Of a stretch of 64,000 bases of DNA, positions 29,120 to 38,337 are shown piece after piece. The translations under genes and the position numbers were made by a program. Where the stretch lies: contig CAJTUA010000005.1 of assembly GCA_910579615.1 (NCBI GenBank), positions 132,135 through 196,134 of the forward strand. Reading direction: 5' to 3'. The notes below the pieces were generated by a model that had not been told where the DNA came from, did not search any database, and saw only the letters and a list, made by a program, of their open reading frames with translations. Numbering within the stretch: position 1 is the stretch's first letter; every line of letters starts with the position of its first letter. This stretch comes from an uncultured Lachnospiraceae bacterium. Lineage in GTDB: Bacteria > Bacillota > Clostridia > Lachnospirales > Lachnospiraceae.

Positions 29120-29644
29120 TTGTCAAAACAAAAATTGATTATTATAGCAGGCTCTCCGTGTGTGGGGAAAACGACAGTGACACAGAAACTTTATACTTCT
29201 TATGAAAACAGTGCTTATTTTGATGGTGATTGGGCATGGTGTGTCAATCCGTTTTCGGTTGATGATTCGAGACTGAGAAATGGTGATAAAACAATGTCAT
29301 TTGCGTTATCAACATATTTAAACTCTAGTTTTGATTATGTCTTTTTTTCATCGGTGGTTGTTGTGGATAAAACAATTCGGGAAGTGATATTAAAAGATAT
29401 AACAGCAAAAGATTATTCTGTTATTGGCATTACTTTGACCTGTTCAGAAGAAACTTTGCGTGAACGTCATAAAAAGCGTGGAGATCAAAATGAATGCTCC
29501 TTTTTCTGGCTGCATTTAAAGCCATATGAAGGCGATTATGTTATCAATACAGATAATAAAAGTGTTCAGCAAATAGTTGATGAAATAAAAGCTATTGTAG
29601 ATAGTGAGGTAAATGAATCGTGGAAATTAAAACAAATGATATAA
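29120..29644 (+). CDS. P-loop NTPase/kinase-like protein (AAA_33-like), in the AT-rich islet
   Basis: Walker A IIIAGSPCVGKTTV at the N-terminus. 174 aa, TTG start, very low G+C. Confidence 0.7.
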   Translation: MSKQKLIIIAGSPCVGKTTVTQKLYTSYENSAYFDGDWAWCVNPFSVDDSRLRNGDKTMSFALSTYLNSSFDYVFFSSVVVVDKTIREVILKDITAKDYSVIGITLTCSEETLRERHKKRGDQNECSFFWLHLKPYEGDYVINTDNKSVQQIVDEIKAIVDSEVNESWKLKQMI

Positions 29645-29655
29645 TATTGTGAACT

Positions 29656-30123
29656 GTGACTGAAAACGACATTGAGGAAATAGCAAGAATGTGGGAGTAT
29701 CCACATGAAACAACGATAGATAAGGCATACGAAGCATTAAAGTGCATGGAAGATACCCATAGTAAGAATCGAAAAAAGTCAATCTGTCATTTATGTTTAG
29801 GTGTTTTCCAAAAGCAAGAAACAAATATTATAATAGGATGGTGCGGGTTAGACGGAGAAGCCGAAATAGGAAAAACAGTTCTTTTTTATATGATTGATGA
29901 GAAATACCGTAATCAAGGTTATGCTACACAATGCGCTATGGAATTGATAAATTATGCGTTTGAAAAGATGGAATATGACATAATTTATGGAGGATGTGCA
30001 AAGAGCAATGCAGAATCATTTAAAGTAATGAAAAAGGCTGGAATGGTTCAAAATTCCTTTTATGAAAATGGAGATTATATTTTTGCGATTGATAAAGAAA
30101 CATTTTTAAATTTCAAAAGGTGA
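29656..30123 (+). CDS. GNAT-family N-acetyltransferase
   Basis: Acetyl-CoA binding block YRNQGYATQCAMELINYAF plus the C-terminal SNAESFKVMKKAGM motif. GTG start. Confidence 0.85.
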   Translation: MTENDIEEIARMWEYPHETTIDKAYEALKCMEDTHSKNRKKSICHLCLGVFQKQETNIIIGWCGLDGEAEIGKTVLFYMIDEKYRNQGYATQCAMELINYAFEKMEYDIIYGGCAKSNAESFKVMKKAGMVQNSFYENGDYIFAIDKETFLNFKR

Positions 30124-30362
30124 ACGGGGTGCAAGTTTTTTAAATACAGTCTGTCCCCTAGTTTCTTTAGTAATAAGAAATACATGGTGTTAGCAGCATG
30201 TAACAAGGACGATAAGGAGAAAATATGTGTGGGCTTTGTTACACATTATCATTTTAGAATATCTTATTTTACAAGGCATTTAAGATATAAACATGGCGCG
30301 GAGGTTATTTTATGTCTTTATCCTCAAAAACGGTTTTTACTGTGTAACATTTCAAAAATGAG

Positions 30363-30390
30363 TTGCCAAATTGCCGGGATTTGCTATAAT
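30363..30390 (+). promoter_or_regulatory. Strong sigma-A type promoter with no ORF behind it
   Basis: TTGCCA (30363-30368), 16-nt spacer, extended -10 TGCTATAAT (30382-30390). Confidence 0.5.
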
Positions 30391-30396
30391 AAATGT

Positions 30397-30575
30397 GCGG
30401 CAACATTTTGGCAACAGAAAATCAGCAAGCCATTATAAATGATGTAATTGAAGTTTAAACAGGTGTGTATTTGCACAAAAATTAACAAATATAGTTAAGA
30501 ACAACAAAGAACACGCCGAGAAGTTACAAGGGGCTGCTGCAGGGAAGGTTCTCCTTTTGCAGCAACCTCTTTTTG
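30397..30575 (+). ncRNA. Candidate ~180-nt small RNA (promoter-to-terminator unit)
   Basis: Bounded by the promoter at 30363-30390 and the hairpin GGCTGCTGCA...TGCAGCAACC + CTCTTTTT (30532-30575). No SD-preceded ORF inside. Confidence 0.25.
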
Positions 30576-30605
30576 GCAATTTACAACAGCATTTTCCGGG
30601 TTGGC

Positions 30606-31391
30606 TTACTTGCTGAATTGCCTTCCTTCATGGTCGATATCGAAATTTTCCCGTATAATCAGTTCTGAAATCGGTACGAATTCATACCCTTTTTCCTTTA
30701 AAATCGTGATGACCGAGTCCAGGGCATCGGCGGTGTATTTTGCGCCGTTATGCATCAGGATGATGGAGCCGTCGCCAAGGTGTTTGTGCTCAGTGACGGT
30801 CTTGATGATGGAATCAACGCCGTAATCTTTCCAGTCGAGGGAATCGACATCCCATTGGATGGTGTAGTAGCCGCATTCCTCGGCAGCCTGGATTACCGTG
30901 TCGTTGTAATCGCCATAAGGCGGACGGAAGAGTATCATTTCTTCCCCGGTCAGTTCCTTGATGTATTCGTGTGGTTTGGTGAGTTCTTCCTTGCACTGGG
31001 ACAGGGAGAGTGTGGACATCTGCTTGTGGTTCTGGCTGTGGTTGCCAAGGTCGTGCCCGGCGGCAAGGATGGCTTTGACATCGTCCGGGTATTTGTTCAT
31101 CCATCCGCCCGTCATGAAGAAGGTTACGCGCACGTCATGTTTGGCAAGGATTTCGAGGATGCGGGAGGTGTCCTCGTTGCCCCACGCAGCATCAAAACTA
31201 AGCGCAATCTGAGGTTTATCCGTTTTTACACAGTAAATCGGCAATCGTTTTTCGGAGATTGCATTTCCAATCGTATCAACCGCTTTTGGTATGTAAGTAA
31301 AGAGCGCTGCAAACAGCAAAAAGAAGCAGGCACACAGAAAAACGGTCTTGGCAGTTGCATAAAATAAATCTTTTTTATTGGATTCCGGCAT
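30606..31391 (-). CDS. Polysaccharide deacetylase (NodB domain, PdaB-like), N-terminal membrane anchor
   Basis: IALSFDAAWGNEDT, TFFMTGGW, GHDLGNHSQNH and LMHNG blocks. I prefer the ATG at 31391 (MPESNKK) to 31490. Confidence 0.85.
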   Translation of the reverse strand: MPESNKKDLFYATAKTVFLCACFFLLFAALFTYIPKAVDTIGNAISEKRLPIYCVKTDKPQIALSFDAAWGNEDTSRILEILAKHDVRVTFFMTGGWMNKYPDDVKAILAAGHDLGNHSQNHKQMSTLSLSQCKEELTKPHEYIKELTGEEMILFRPPYGDYNDTVIQAAEECGYYTIQWDVDSLDWKDYGVDSIIKTVTEHKHLGDGSIILMHNGAKYTADALDSVITILKEKGYEFVPISELIIRENFDIDHEGRQFSK

Positions 31392-31519
31392 GGAGGTACC
31401 CCCGGCTTTTTTCTTTTTTACAGGATATGCGGCAGGAGTTGTCCGGTAGAATCTTAAAAAACATTGTAACATTTCCGGAAGTTTTTTCACGGTAAAAGGA
31501 ATGGAAGAAGAAGTGGAAA

Positions 31520-31561
31520 GAATAAAAATATAACCGGGCAGAAGAATATCTCCTGCCCGGT
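31520..31561 (-). terminator. Rho-independent terminator after the CBM lipoprotein gene
   Basis: ACCGGGCAG / CTGCCCGGT stem, followed on the minus strand by TTATATTTTTATT. Confidence 0.6.
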
Positions 31562-31586
31562 CTAGGATGGAAAATTATGAGAAAGC

Positions 31587-33419
31587 TTATTCAACAACCT
31601 TTAACTGCATCTCATCCATGTAGTAAGAAGTCAGATATCCGGTCGCGGACTCCTCGCCCTGCGTGCCGACTAAGAGCATACCATTGTCGATACCATCTGC
31701 AATCTCAAGGGTAGCGACAAGCTGTACCCACTCGCCTTTGTTTACAACCTGCTCCAGGGCAATCTCGTAAGTCGTATTGCCGGCATCGTCTGTGCCGATG
31801 GCTTTCTGGCGGTTCCAGATTGTGAAGTTGATGGAATCCGGGGCAGCGCTGAAAGCGCCATCTTCATACATTACCCATACCGAGAACTCTACCGTATGAC
31901 CCTTTAATGTTTCCGCGGAAAGACCGTTTACGGCAGAAATGCGAAGCCCGCAACCGGAGTCATCATGTTCGCGACCTTTTACCAGGACACATTCATTGCC
32001 ATTGTGGGCAATGCCGACAGCATTTTCATTGGTAGCGTAGTTATAAGAATTGCTCCCGTCAAGGTAATTGCCGAGCTCGCTCTCGAAGTTGTTGTAGTAT
32101 ACAATGGAACCTGGCTCAACCGGGGCATCTGCAACCTCGTTTGCACCGCCGCCCGTCGTGGCAGGTGCTTCGCCCCCTTAGTTGTTCCCCTCATTTGCGC
32201 CAGCAACAGCTTCGCCTGCAAAGGAAATCACAACCTCATCCACCGTAAAGCTTGCGGTCTCGGAAGGAGACTCAAAATACAGAACCGGCTTGGAGGTAGC
32301 AGCGCCAACCTCGATTGTGCCAGAAACCTGTGTCCATTCGCCCGGAGTTAAGTCGCCGGAACTTGCAATGCGGTTGTAGGCAGTGGAAGAACCATCCGAG
32401 AAATCTTCCTGGAGCGTAACGTTTACTTCGGTCGCCTCTTCAACCTTTACCCAGTAGGAAATGCTGATCGTCCTGCCTGCCAGATTATAGGAGGAAAGGT
32501 CAACCTCCGCGCCGTTCCAGTTAGAAGTGCGTCCGGTTACCTGCATTGCGAAATCATCGTCGTGCCCGCCTGAAACAATGGCAGGGGTACCGTCGCCACG
32601 GCTGCCAAAGAAAAGATTGTCATCGTTAAAGGTGAGGGAAATGCTCTCAACATTCGATAAATCCGGAGTGTTGACAACGATATCCTGATAATGCGCCTCG
32701 GCTACGGCGCCCTCTACGATGGTAGCTACAACATCATCAATATAAAAATCATAAGTATCGGTTGCTTCCCAGTAAATCAACGGGGAAGTTGCATCCGGGT
32801 AAATCGGGATATCTCCTTCAATCAATACCCATTCGCCCGAAGGTACCGCTTCGTTATTCGCTCTTTCCGGCCAGTCTGAACTGCCGTCCGGCTTGTTTAC
32901 CTGCAAAGTACACGAGATGGTAATCGGCTCGCCGACTTCATGCTTTGCCCAGTAAGAAATATGGATGACCTTTCCGATACATTCATCCGGGATGCTTAAG
33001 GATGTACCATGCCAGCCATCGGTACGTCCGGTTACCATAAAGCATTCGTTGCTGTCATGTCCGTCGGTCTTAATCCATCTTGCATTGCCGCTTCCTCTGT
33101 CCTGGAAATATAAGGACTGGGATTTTTGGGATGCATCATAGGAGAAAAGAAGATTTGGGTCAGCTTCCGGTGTCGGTGTCGGAGCCTCGCTTGGTGCCTC
33201 CGTCGGGGCATTGGTCGGAGCCTCGCTTGGTGCCTCCGTCGGGGCATCGGTCGGAACCTCGGTTGGAACATCTGTCGGTTGCGTGGCTGTGGTTGGTGTC
33301 GGGGTAGAATCTGCATTTGTCTCTTTGTCCTTGCCACATGCGGCAAGAGAACCAACAGCAAGGGTAGAAACAAGAGCCATCCCCATCAATCTTTTTAATT
33401 TCATAAAAAACCTCCTCAA
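31587..33419 (-). pseudogene. Lipoprotein with three CBM_4_9-like carbohydrate-binding modules, split by one in-frame TAA (32178-32180)
   Basis: Lipobox LAAC, Pro/Thr linker and two CBM modules in the 413-aa ORF. The same frame stays open past the TAA through a third module to 31587; only one stop interrupts 610 codons. Confidence 0.8.
33181..33252. repeat. Tandem 36-bp coding repeat (x2, plus degenerate flanking copies) in the Pro/Thr linker
   Basis: GGAGCCTCGCTTGGTGCCTCCGTCGGGGCATTGGTC is repeated with one mismatch. It encodes APTEAPSEAPTN-type units on the minus strand. Confidence 0.9.
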
Positions 33420-33760
33420 GTTTTTCTGTCATGATGCATTTTCCGGTAACGGCTCTGCAAATGGCAGAACTGTTACTTTTTGAATGTAACATCACTGTCA
33501 TAAATATAGCATGGATTATGCATTATGTCAATTATATGAACGGCCAAGAGAGCAAATTTTGTGCAAAATACACAAAAAACAGGGTGTTCTTTTTATGTAT
33601 CGGCTACTCAAATATTGTGATTTGTAAAATTAAGGAAAAAATTTCACGGATGCAGGGCGGTGGGAAGGTGGAAGAGCTTTCATTTAAGTACAAATTCTTC
33701 CCGGAAAGCTTTATAAAAGATTGTATTGAAGACGAACAAAGTTACATTGCAAAAAAATAC

Positions 33761-33789
33761 TTGACAAGATTGTTTGGGTGCGTTAAGAT
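33761..33789 (+). promoter_or_regulatory. Promoter of the leuS leader
   Basis: TTGACA (33761-33766), 17-nt spacer, TAAGAT (33784-33789). Confidence 0.6.
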
Positions 33790-33795
33790 GAAAAG

Positions 33796-34080
33796 CAGTT
33801 ATATTCCGGCGCAGATGCCGGGTTGGGAACAACAGTGAAGGGGAGTAGTAGAATGGAAGCCCTGACAGAGAGCGGTTGGTTTGGTGGAAAACCGCAGGTG
33901 CAGAAGTTTGAACTCGCCCCGGAGTTCCGGAGCTGAAAGGCGCTAGGATGCGCAGATAGGTTTCGGCGGGATTTCCCGTTACAGAAAATTGAGGGCATGC
34001 GCTTAGGGCGCGTGAACTGGAGTGGTACCGCGAGGATTGCCTCGTCTCTGGAAGATGAAGAGACGGGGTTTTTTTGTGCA
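33796..34080 (+). promoter_or_regulatory. T-box leader (Leu specifier) with terminator/antiterminator
   Basis: AGAGAG box, GGTGGAAAACCG distal-loop motif, putative specifier GAA-CUC-G (CTC at 33913-33915) and the T-box sequence AACTGGAGTGGTACCGCGAGG (~34014-34034). The terminator is CCTCGTCTCT...AGAGACGGGG + T7 (34040-34075). Confidence 0.85.
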
Positions 34081-34148
34081 CAGGGGCGCGAATGGAATCT
34101 TGCACAAAGCCACAACACCAAGAACCACTACACTAAATTAAGAAAGGG

Positions 34149-36575
34149 ATGACACAAAAAATGAGCACAGCATATTCACCGAAGGATATCGAAAAAAAAT
34201 GGCAGGATATCTGGGAGGACGAGGAGGCCTTTAAGGTAGGGGAGGATTACACGAAGCCAAAATATTATGCGCTCGTGGAATTCCCGTACCCGTCAGGGCA
34301 GGGGCTGCATGTCGGCCACCCAAGGCCGTATACGGCGCTTGACATTATTTCAAGGAAAAGAAGGATGCAGGGCTACAATGTCCTCTTCCCGATGGGTTGG
34401 GACGCATTTGGCCTGCCGACCGAGAACTACGCGATTAAGAACCACATCCACCCGAAAATCGTAACAGAAAATAACGTGGAGCATTTTAAGGCGCAGTTAA
34501 AAGCGCTCGGCTACTCGTTTGACTGGAGCCGGGAAGTAAACACAACGGACCCGGAATATTACAAGTGGACGCAGTGGATTTTCTTAAAGCTTTTTAAGAA
34601 AGGACTGGCGTACAAGACACAGATGCCGATTAACTGGTGCACCTCCTGCAAGGTCGGTCTTGCAAACGAGGAAGTGGTAAACGGCGTGTGTGAGCGCTGC
34701 GGCGGCGAGGTTGTGCGCAAGGTAAAGAGCCAGTGGATGTTAAAAATTACCGAGTACGCGGACAAACTCCTTGACGGGCTTGACCATGTGGATTATATCG
34801 AGCGCGTCAAGGTTTCCCAGAAAAACTGGATTGGGCGTTCCGTCGGCGCGGAGGTGGATTTTAAGCTTGCGGACAGGGAGGATACGCTGCGCATTTTCAC
34901 GACGCGCCCGGACACCCTGTTTGGTGCGACGTATATGGTAATTTCCCCGGAACATCCGCTGATTGAAAAATATAAGGAAGAAATTACAAATTATGATGAG
35001 GTCGTGGCATACCGTGAGCAGGCAGCAAAGAAATCCGATTTCGAGCGCACGGAGCTGGCAAAGGAGAAGACGGGTGTCATTTTAGGCGGCATCATGGCTG
35101 TAAATCCGGTGAACGGCAAACAGATTCCAATCTGGATTTCTGATTATGTCCTGATGACCTATGGCACGGGCGCGATTATGGCGGTTCCGGCGCACGACGA
35201 GCGCGACTGGGAATTTGCGAAGAAATTCGGTCTTCCAATCGTTGAAGTCGTGGCGGGCGGCAATGTGCAGGAAGCTGCATTTACGGATGTGGCGGCTGGC
35301 AAGCTTGTCAATTCCGATTTCCTTGACGGGCTTGAGGTAAAGGACGCGAAAGCAAAGATAATCGAGTGGCTCACCGAAAAAGGCATCGGCAAGCAGAAGG
35401 TCAACTACAAGCTGCGCGACTGGGTATTTTCCCGTCAGCGTTACTGGGGGGAGCCAATCCCGATTGTGCACTGTGAGAAATGCGGCTATGTGCCGTTGCC
35501 GGAGAGCGAGCTGCCGCTGATGCTGCCGGAGGTGGACAGTTATATGCCGACGGACAACGGCGAATCTCCGCTTGCCGCGATGACGGATTGGTTAAATACG
35601 GTCTGCCCGTGCTGCGGCGGACCGGCAAAACGCGAGTCGGACACCATGCCACAGTGGGCGGGTTCGTCCTGGTACTTCCTGCGCTATATTGACCCCAAAA
35701 ATAAGGGGGCATTTGCCGGGGAGGAAGCATTGAAATACTGGCTTCCGGTCGATTGGTATAACGGCGGGATGGAGCACACGACGCTCCATCTGCTTTACTC
35801 GCGTTTCTGGCATAAATTCCTGTACGATGAGGGGCTTGTGCCGACGGATGAGCCGTACCAGAAGCGCACCTCCCACGGGATGATTCTTGGGGAGAACGGC
35901 GAGAAAATGAGCAAATCGCGCGGCAATGTTGTCAACCCAGATGAGATTGTGGCGGAATTTGGGGCGGATACGCTGCGCACCTACGAGATGTTTATCGGAG
36001 CCTTCGATTTGAGCGCATCCTGGTCGCAGGAGGGCGTGCGCGGCTGCCGCCGTTTCCTTGACCGGGTATGGAAGCTTCAGGACAGCCTGACGGATGAGGA
36101 GGGCTATAGCAAAGAGCTTGAGACGAAAATGCATCAGACCATCAAGAAGGTCAGCCTGGATTTTGAGGCATTAAAGTTCAACACGGCAATCGCGGCGATG
36201 ATGAGCCTTGTCAATGATTTCTACAAGGCAGGCAAGGTAACAAAGGGCGAATTCTCCACGTTAGTTCTGCTTTTAAGCCCGGTAGCACCGCATATGTGCG
36301 AAGAACTCTGGCAGTTAATTGGAAAGGCTGGCAGGGTGTACCAACAGGCATGGCCGGAGTACGATGAGGCAAAAACCATCGAGGATGAGGTGGAGATTGC
36401 CGTGCAGATAAACGGCAAAGTAAAAGCAACCGTGAAGGTCGGTACCGAGGACGCGCAGGAGACTGCCCGCGAAAAGGTAATGGCGGACAAGGCAGTGGAA
36501 GGGCTGCTTGCCGGGAAAAACATTGTAAAGGAAATCTATGTAAAAGGAAGAATTTACAATATTGTGGTAAAATAA
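34149..36575 (+). CDS. leuS: Leucine--tRNA ligase
   Basis: HVGHPRPY (HIGH) and KMSKSRGN (KMSKS) motifs; ~805 aa class Ia synthetase. The start could be 34149 or 34161. Confidence 0.97.
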   Translation: MTQKMSTAYSPKDIEKKWQDIWEDEEAFKVGEDYTKPKYYALVEFPYPSGQGLHVGHPRPYTALDIISRKRRMQGYNVLFPMGWDAFGLPTENYAIKNHIHPKIVTENNVEHFKAQLKALGYSFDWSREVNTTDPEYYKWTQWIFLKLFKKGLAYKTQMPINWCTSCKVGLANEEVVNGVCERCGGEVVRKVKSQWMLKITEYADKLLDGLDHVDYIERVKVSQKNWIGRSVGAEVDFKLADREDTLRIFTTRPDTLFGATYMVISPEHPLIEKYKEEITNYDEVVAYREQAAKKSDFERTELAKEKTGVILGGIMAVNPVNGKQIPIWISDYVLMTYGTGAIMAVPAHDERDWEFAKKFGLPIVEVVAGGNVQEAAFTDVAAGKLVNSDFLDGLEVKDAKAKIIEWLTEKGIGKQKVNYKLRDWVFSRQRYWGEPIPIVHCEKCGYVPLPESELPLMLPEVDSYMPTDNGESPLAAMTDWLNTVCPCCGGPAKRESDTMPQWAGSSWYFLRYIDPKNKGAFAGEEALKYWLPVDWYNGGMEHTTLHLLYSRFWHKFLYDEGLVPTDEPYQKRTSHGMILGENGEKMSKSRGNVVNPDEIVAEFGADTLRTYEMFIGAFDLSASWSQEGVRGCRRFLDRVWKLQDSLTDEEGYSKELETKMHQTIKKVSLDFEALKFNTAIAAMMSLVNDFYKAGKVTKGEFSTLVLLLSPVAPHMCEELWQLIGKAGRVYQQAWPEYDEAKTIEDEVEIAVQINGKVKATVKVGTEDAQETAREKVMADKAVEGLLAGKNIVKEIYVKGRIYNIVVK

Positions 36576-36604
36576 TAAATTTTTGGAAGCTGCTTTTTGA
36601 TGGG

Positions 36605-36702
36605 CTGCCGCACAAAGCGGAAGCGGGCACAAAATATAGAAAAGCCTGGGAGTTCTATGGATGCTATATTTTGCCGGATTTCTTCTTTGTGCGGCAGTTT
36701 TT
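36605..36702 (+). terminator. Extended hairpin terminator after leuS
   Basis: CTGCCGCACAAAG (36605-36617) / CTTTGTGCGGCAG (36685-36697), with an inner GGCA(C)AAAATATAG / CTATATTTTGCC stem, followed by TTTTT. Confidence 0.6.
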
Positions 36703-36984
36703 GCGCATTTGCCGATGCGGTGGATAATGTATTTTTTATACAGATGTTTTGTGCGGCTTGCGCAGGCTGCCATGCCCGTAAAATATGCCATATCCCCAAA
36801 ACCACAAAAATCAGCGCCGCGCTGACTTGATTTTTTGTGCCATATCTGGTAAAATAAGATGACCGCTTGGTCACAGGTTACATAGGATGTGTGGGAAACT
36901 TTTGTTCCCGCGTTCTGTCTGTAAGGGCAGTTTTGTCCAGGCACATCCGGAAAAGATGGTTCGAAAAAGCGTGCGGAGGCAGCG

Positions 36985-38322
36985 ATGGGAAAGTGGCAAA
37001 TCGGAGAGATTGAGTTTTCCACGAAGGAAGATTATAAGGCAGGCTGCCGGGATTTGAAGCGCATCCAGACGCTTGCGGCAGGTGTGGATCTTGACGAGTC
37101 CAGGGAAGCGGATGAGCTCTATCAGATGCTGCGCAAACAGCCATTTTTGTTTGAGAGTGAGCTTGGCGTGGCGTTCCGCGGTTATCTGAACGATAAAGCG
37201 GACGGCATAAAGCACCCGCGGAGCAGTTTCCCGGAAGAATGCCTGTACGCTGGCAAGGGCGCACCGAAAAAAAAGAAACTGGCGGGCAAGAAAAAAGCTT
37301 CCGCTGACCGGAAAAGCGCGAATGGCGGGAAGAATGTGATGCGTTCCGAGCGGATGAAACTGCGCGAGCGCGATATCATGGGCAGCGAGAAGGAAGCGGA
37401 GGCGTTTGAGGACGAGGATTTGTCCGATGTGCTGCCTGTACCCAAAAAGAAAAAGGGCAGGCGCGGGCGCAGAGTGTTAAAACCGTTGTGCATCACGGCG
37501 GGTGTGCTGCTGGTTCTGTTTGCGCTGTACCGGATTTTTTCGTATGATATCCTCAGCTACATCAGTGAGCGCAAGATGGAAGAGCTGGCTTCCTGCATTC
37601 TTACGCCGATTGAGCCGGAGGTCTCGGAGGCGCACCGGATTGCGGATTTGATTGCGAGCGGCCTGTACACGGAGGAGGAAGCAGTTGCGATTGCAAAGGA
37701 AGAACAGAAAACACATCCGCAGGAAAGTGTGGACGAGAATGGAATCCTGCACCGCTACAGTGTGCTTTACGGGCGCAACGATGAGATGGCGGGCTGGATA
37801 CAGCTTGTGGGTACCGTCATCAATTACCCGGTCATGCTGACACCGCAGGATGAGGAATATTATCTGAAGAAAGGTTTTGACAAGAAATATGACATCAATG
37901 GGATACCGTTTATGGACATAAGGTGCAGCGTAAAAGAGCCGACGACGAATTTTCTGATTTACGGGCACAATATGAAAAACGGGTCGATGTTTTCGGCGCT
38001 GCTGGAATATGAGCAGGAAGCTTTCTATAAGGAGCATCCGGTGATTCGGTTTGATACGGTTTATGAGCGGGGGGAATATGAGATTGTCGGCGCGTTCCGC
38101 ACGCAGGTTCCGTATGAGACGGACGAGGAGGCTTATCGGTATTATTCGTTTATTGATACCGCAAGTGAGCAGGAATATGACGCATATATCCGCTATGTGA
38201 AGGAGCAGTCTTTTTATGAAACCGGAATTACAGCGGAATATGGAACGCAGCTTTTGACGCTATCGACATGTGACCGCTCGGTTGAGGCGGGGCGTTTTGT
38301 CGTGGTGGCAAGAAAGAAATAG
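36985..38322 (+). CDS. srtB: Class B sortase with ~190-aa N-terminal cytoplasmic extension
   Basis: The C-terminal ~230 aa carry SrtB blocks (INYPVM, IYGHNMKNGSMF, TLSTCD, RFVVVARK). One TM (ITAGVLLVLFALYRIF) follows a Lys-rich region. Confidence 0.85.
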   Translation: MGKWQIGEIEFSTKEDYKAGCRDLKRIQTLAAGVDLDESREADELYQMLRKQPFLFESELGVAFRGYLNDKADGIKHPRSSFPEECLYAGKGAPKKKKLAGKKKASADRKSANGGKNVMRSERMKLRERDIMGSEKEAEAFEDEDLSDVLPVPKKKKGRRGRRVLKPLCITAGVLLVLFALYRIFSYDILSYISERKMEELASCILTPIEPEVSEAHRIADLIASGLYTEEEAVAIAKEEQKTHPQESVDENGILHRYSVLYGRNDEMAGWIQLVGTVINYPVMLTPQDEEYYLKKGFDKKYDINGIPFMDIRCSVKEPTTNFLIYGHNMKNGSMFSALLEYEQEAFYKEHPVIRFDTVYERGEYEIVGAFRTQVPYETDEEAYRYYSFIDTASEQEYDAYIRYVKEQSFYETGITAEYGTQLLTLSTCDRSVEAGRFVVVARKK

Positions 38323-38337
38323 TCAGGGCTTGAGCGC

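Noticed and set aside
30184-30438. 84-aa ORF in the AT-rich islet
   Set aside because: No RBS, and it spans the promoter at 30363-30390. The translation is Cys/Tyr/Phe-rich, as expected for random AT-rich DNA.
33181-33252. Regularly spaced 36-bp direct repeats (also at 38992-39135 and 47424-47484), considered as possible CRISPR-like arrays
   Set aside because: The repeats are directly adjacent with no spacers. They lie inside well-supported ORFs and encode Pro/Thr- or Gly/Asn-rich linkers. No cas genes are present.
33431-33838. 135-aa plus-strand ORF between the CBM lipoprotein gene and leuS
   Set aside because: It covers the leuS promoter and the 5' part of the T-box leader. It is AT-rich with an odd composition and no RBS.
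36597-36874. Cys-rich 77-aa plus-strand ORF and 106-aa minus-strand ORF after leuS
   Set aside because: Both run through the extended terminator hairpin. Neither has an RBS, and their composition is consistent with translated palindromic DNA.
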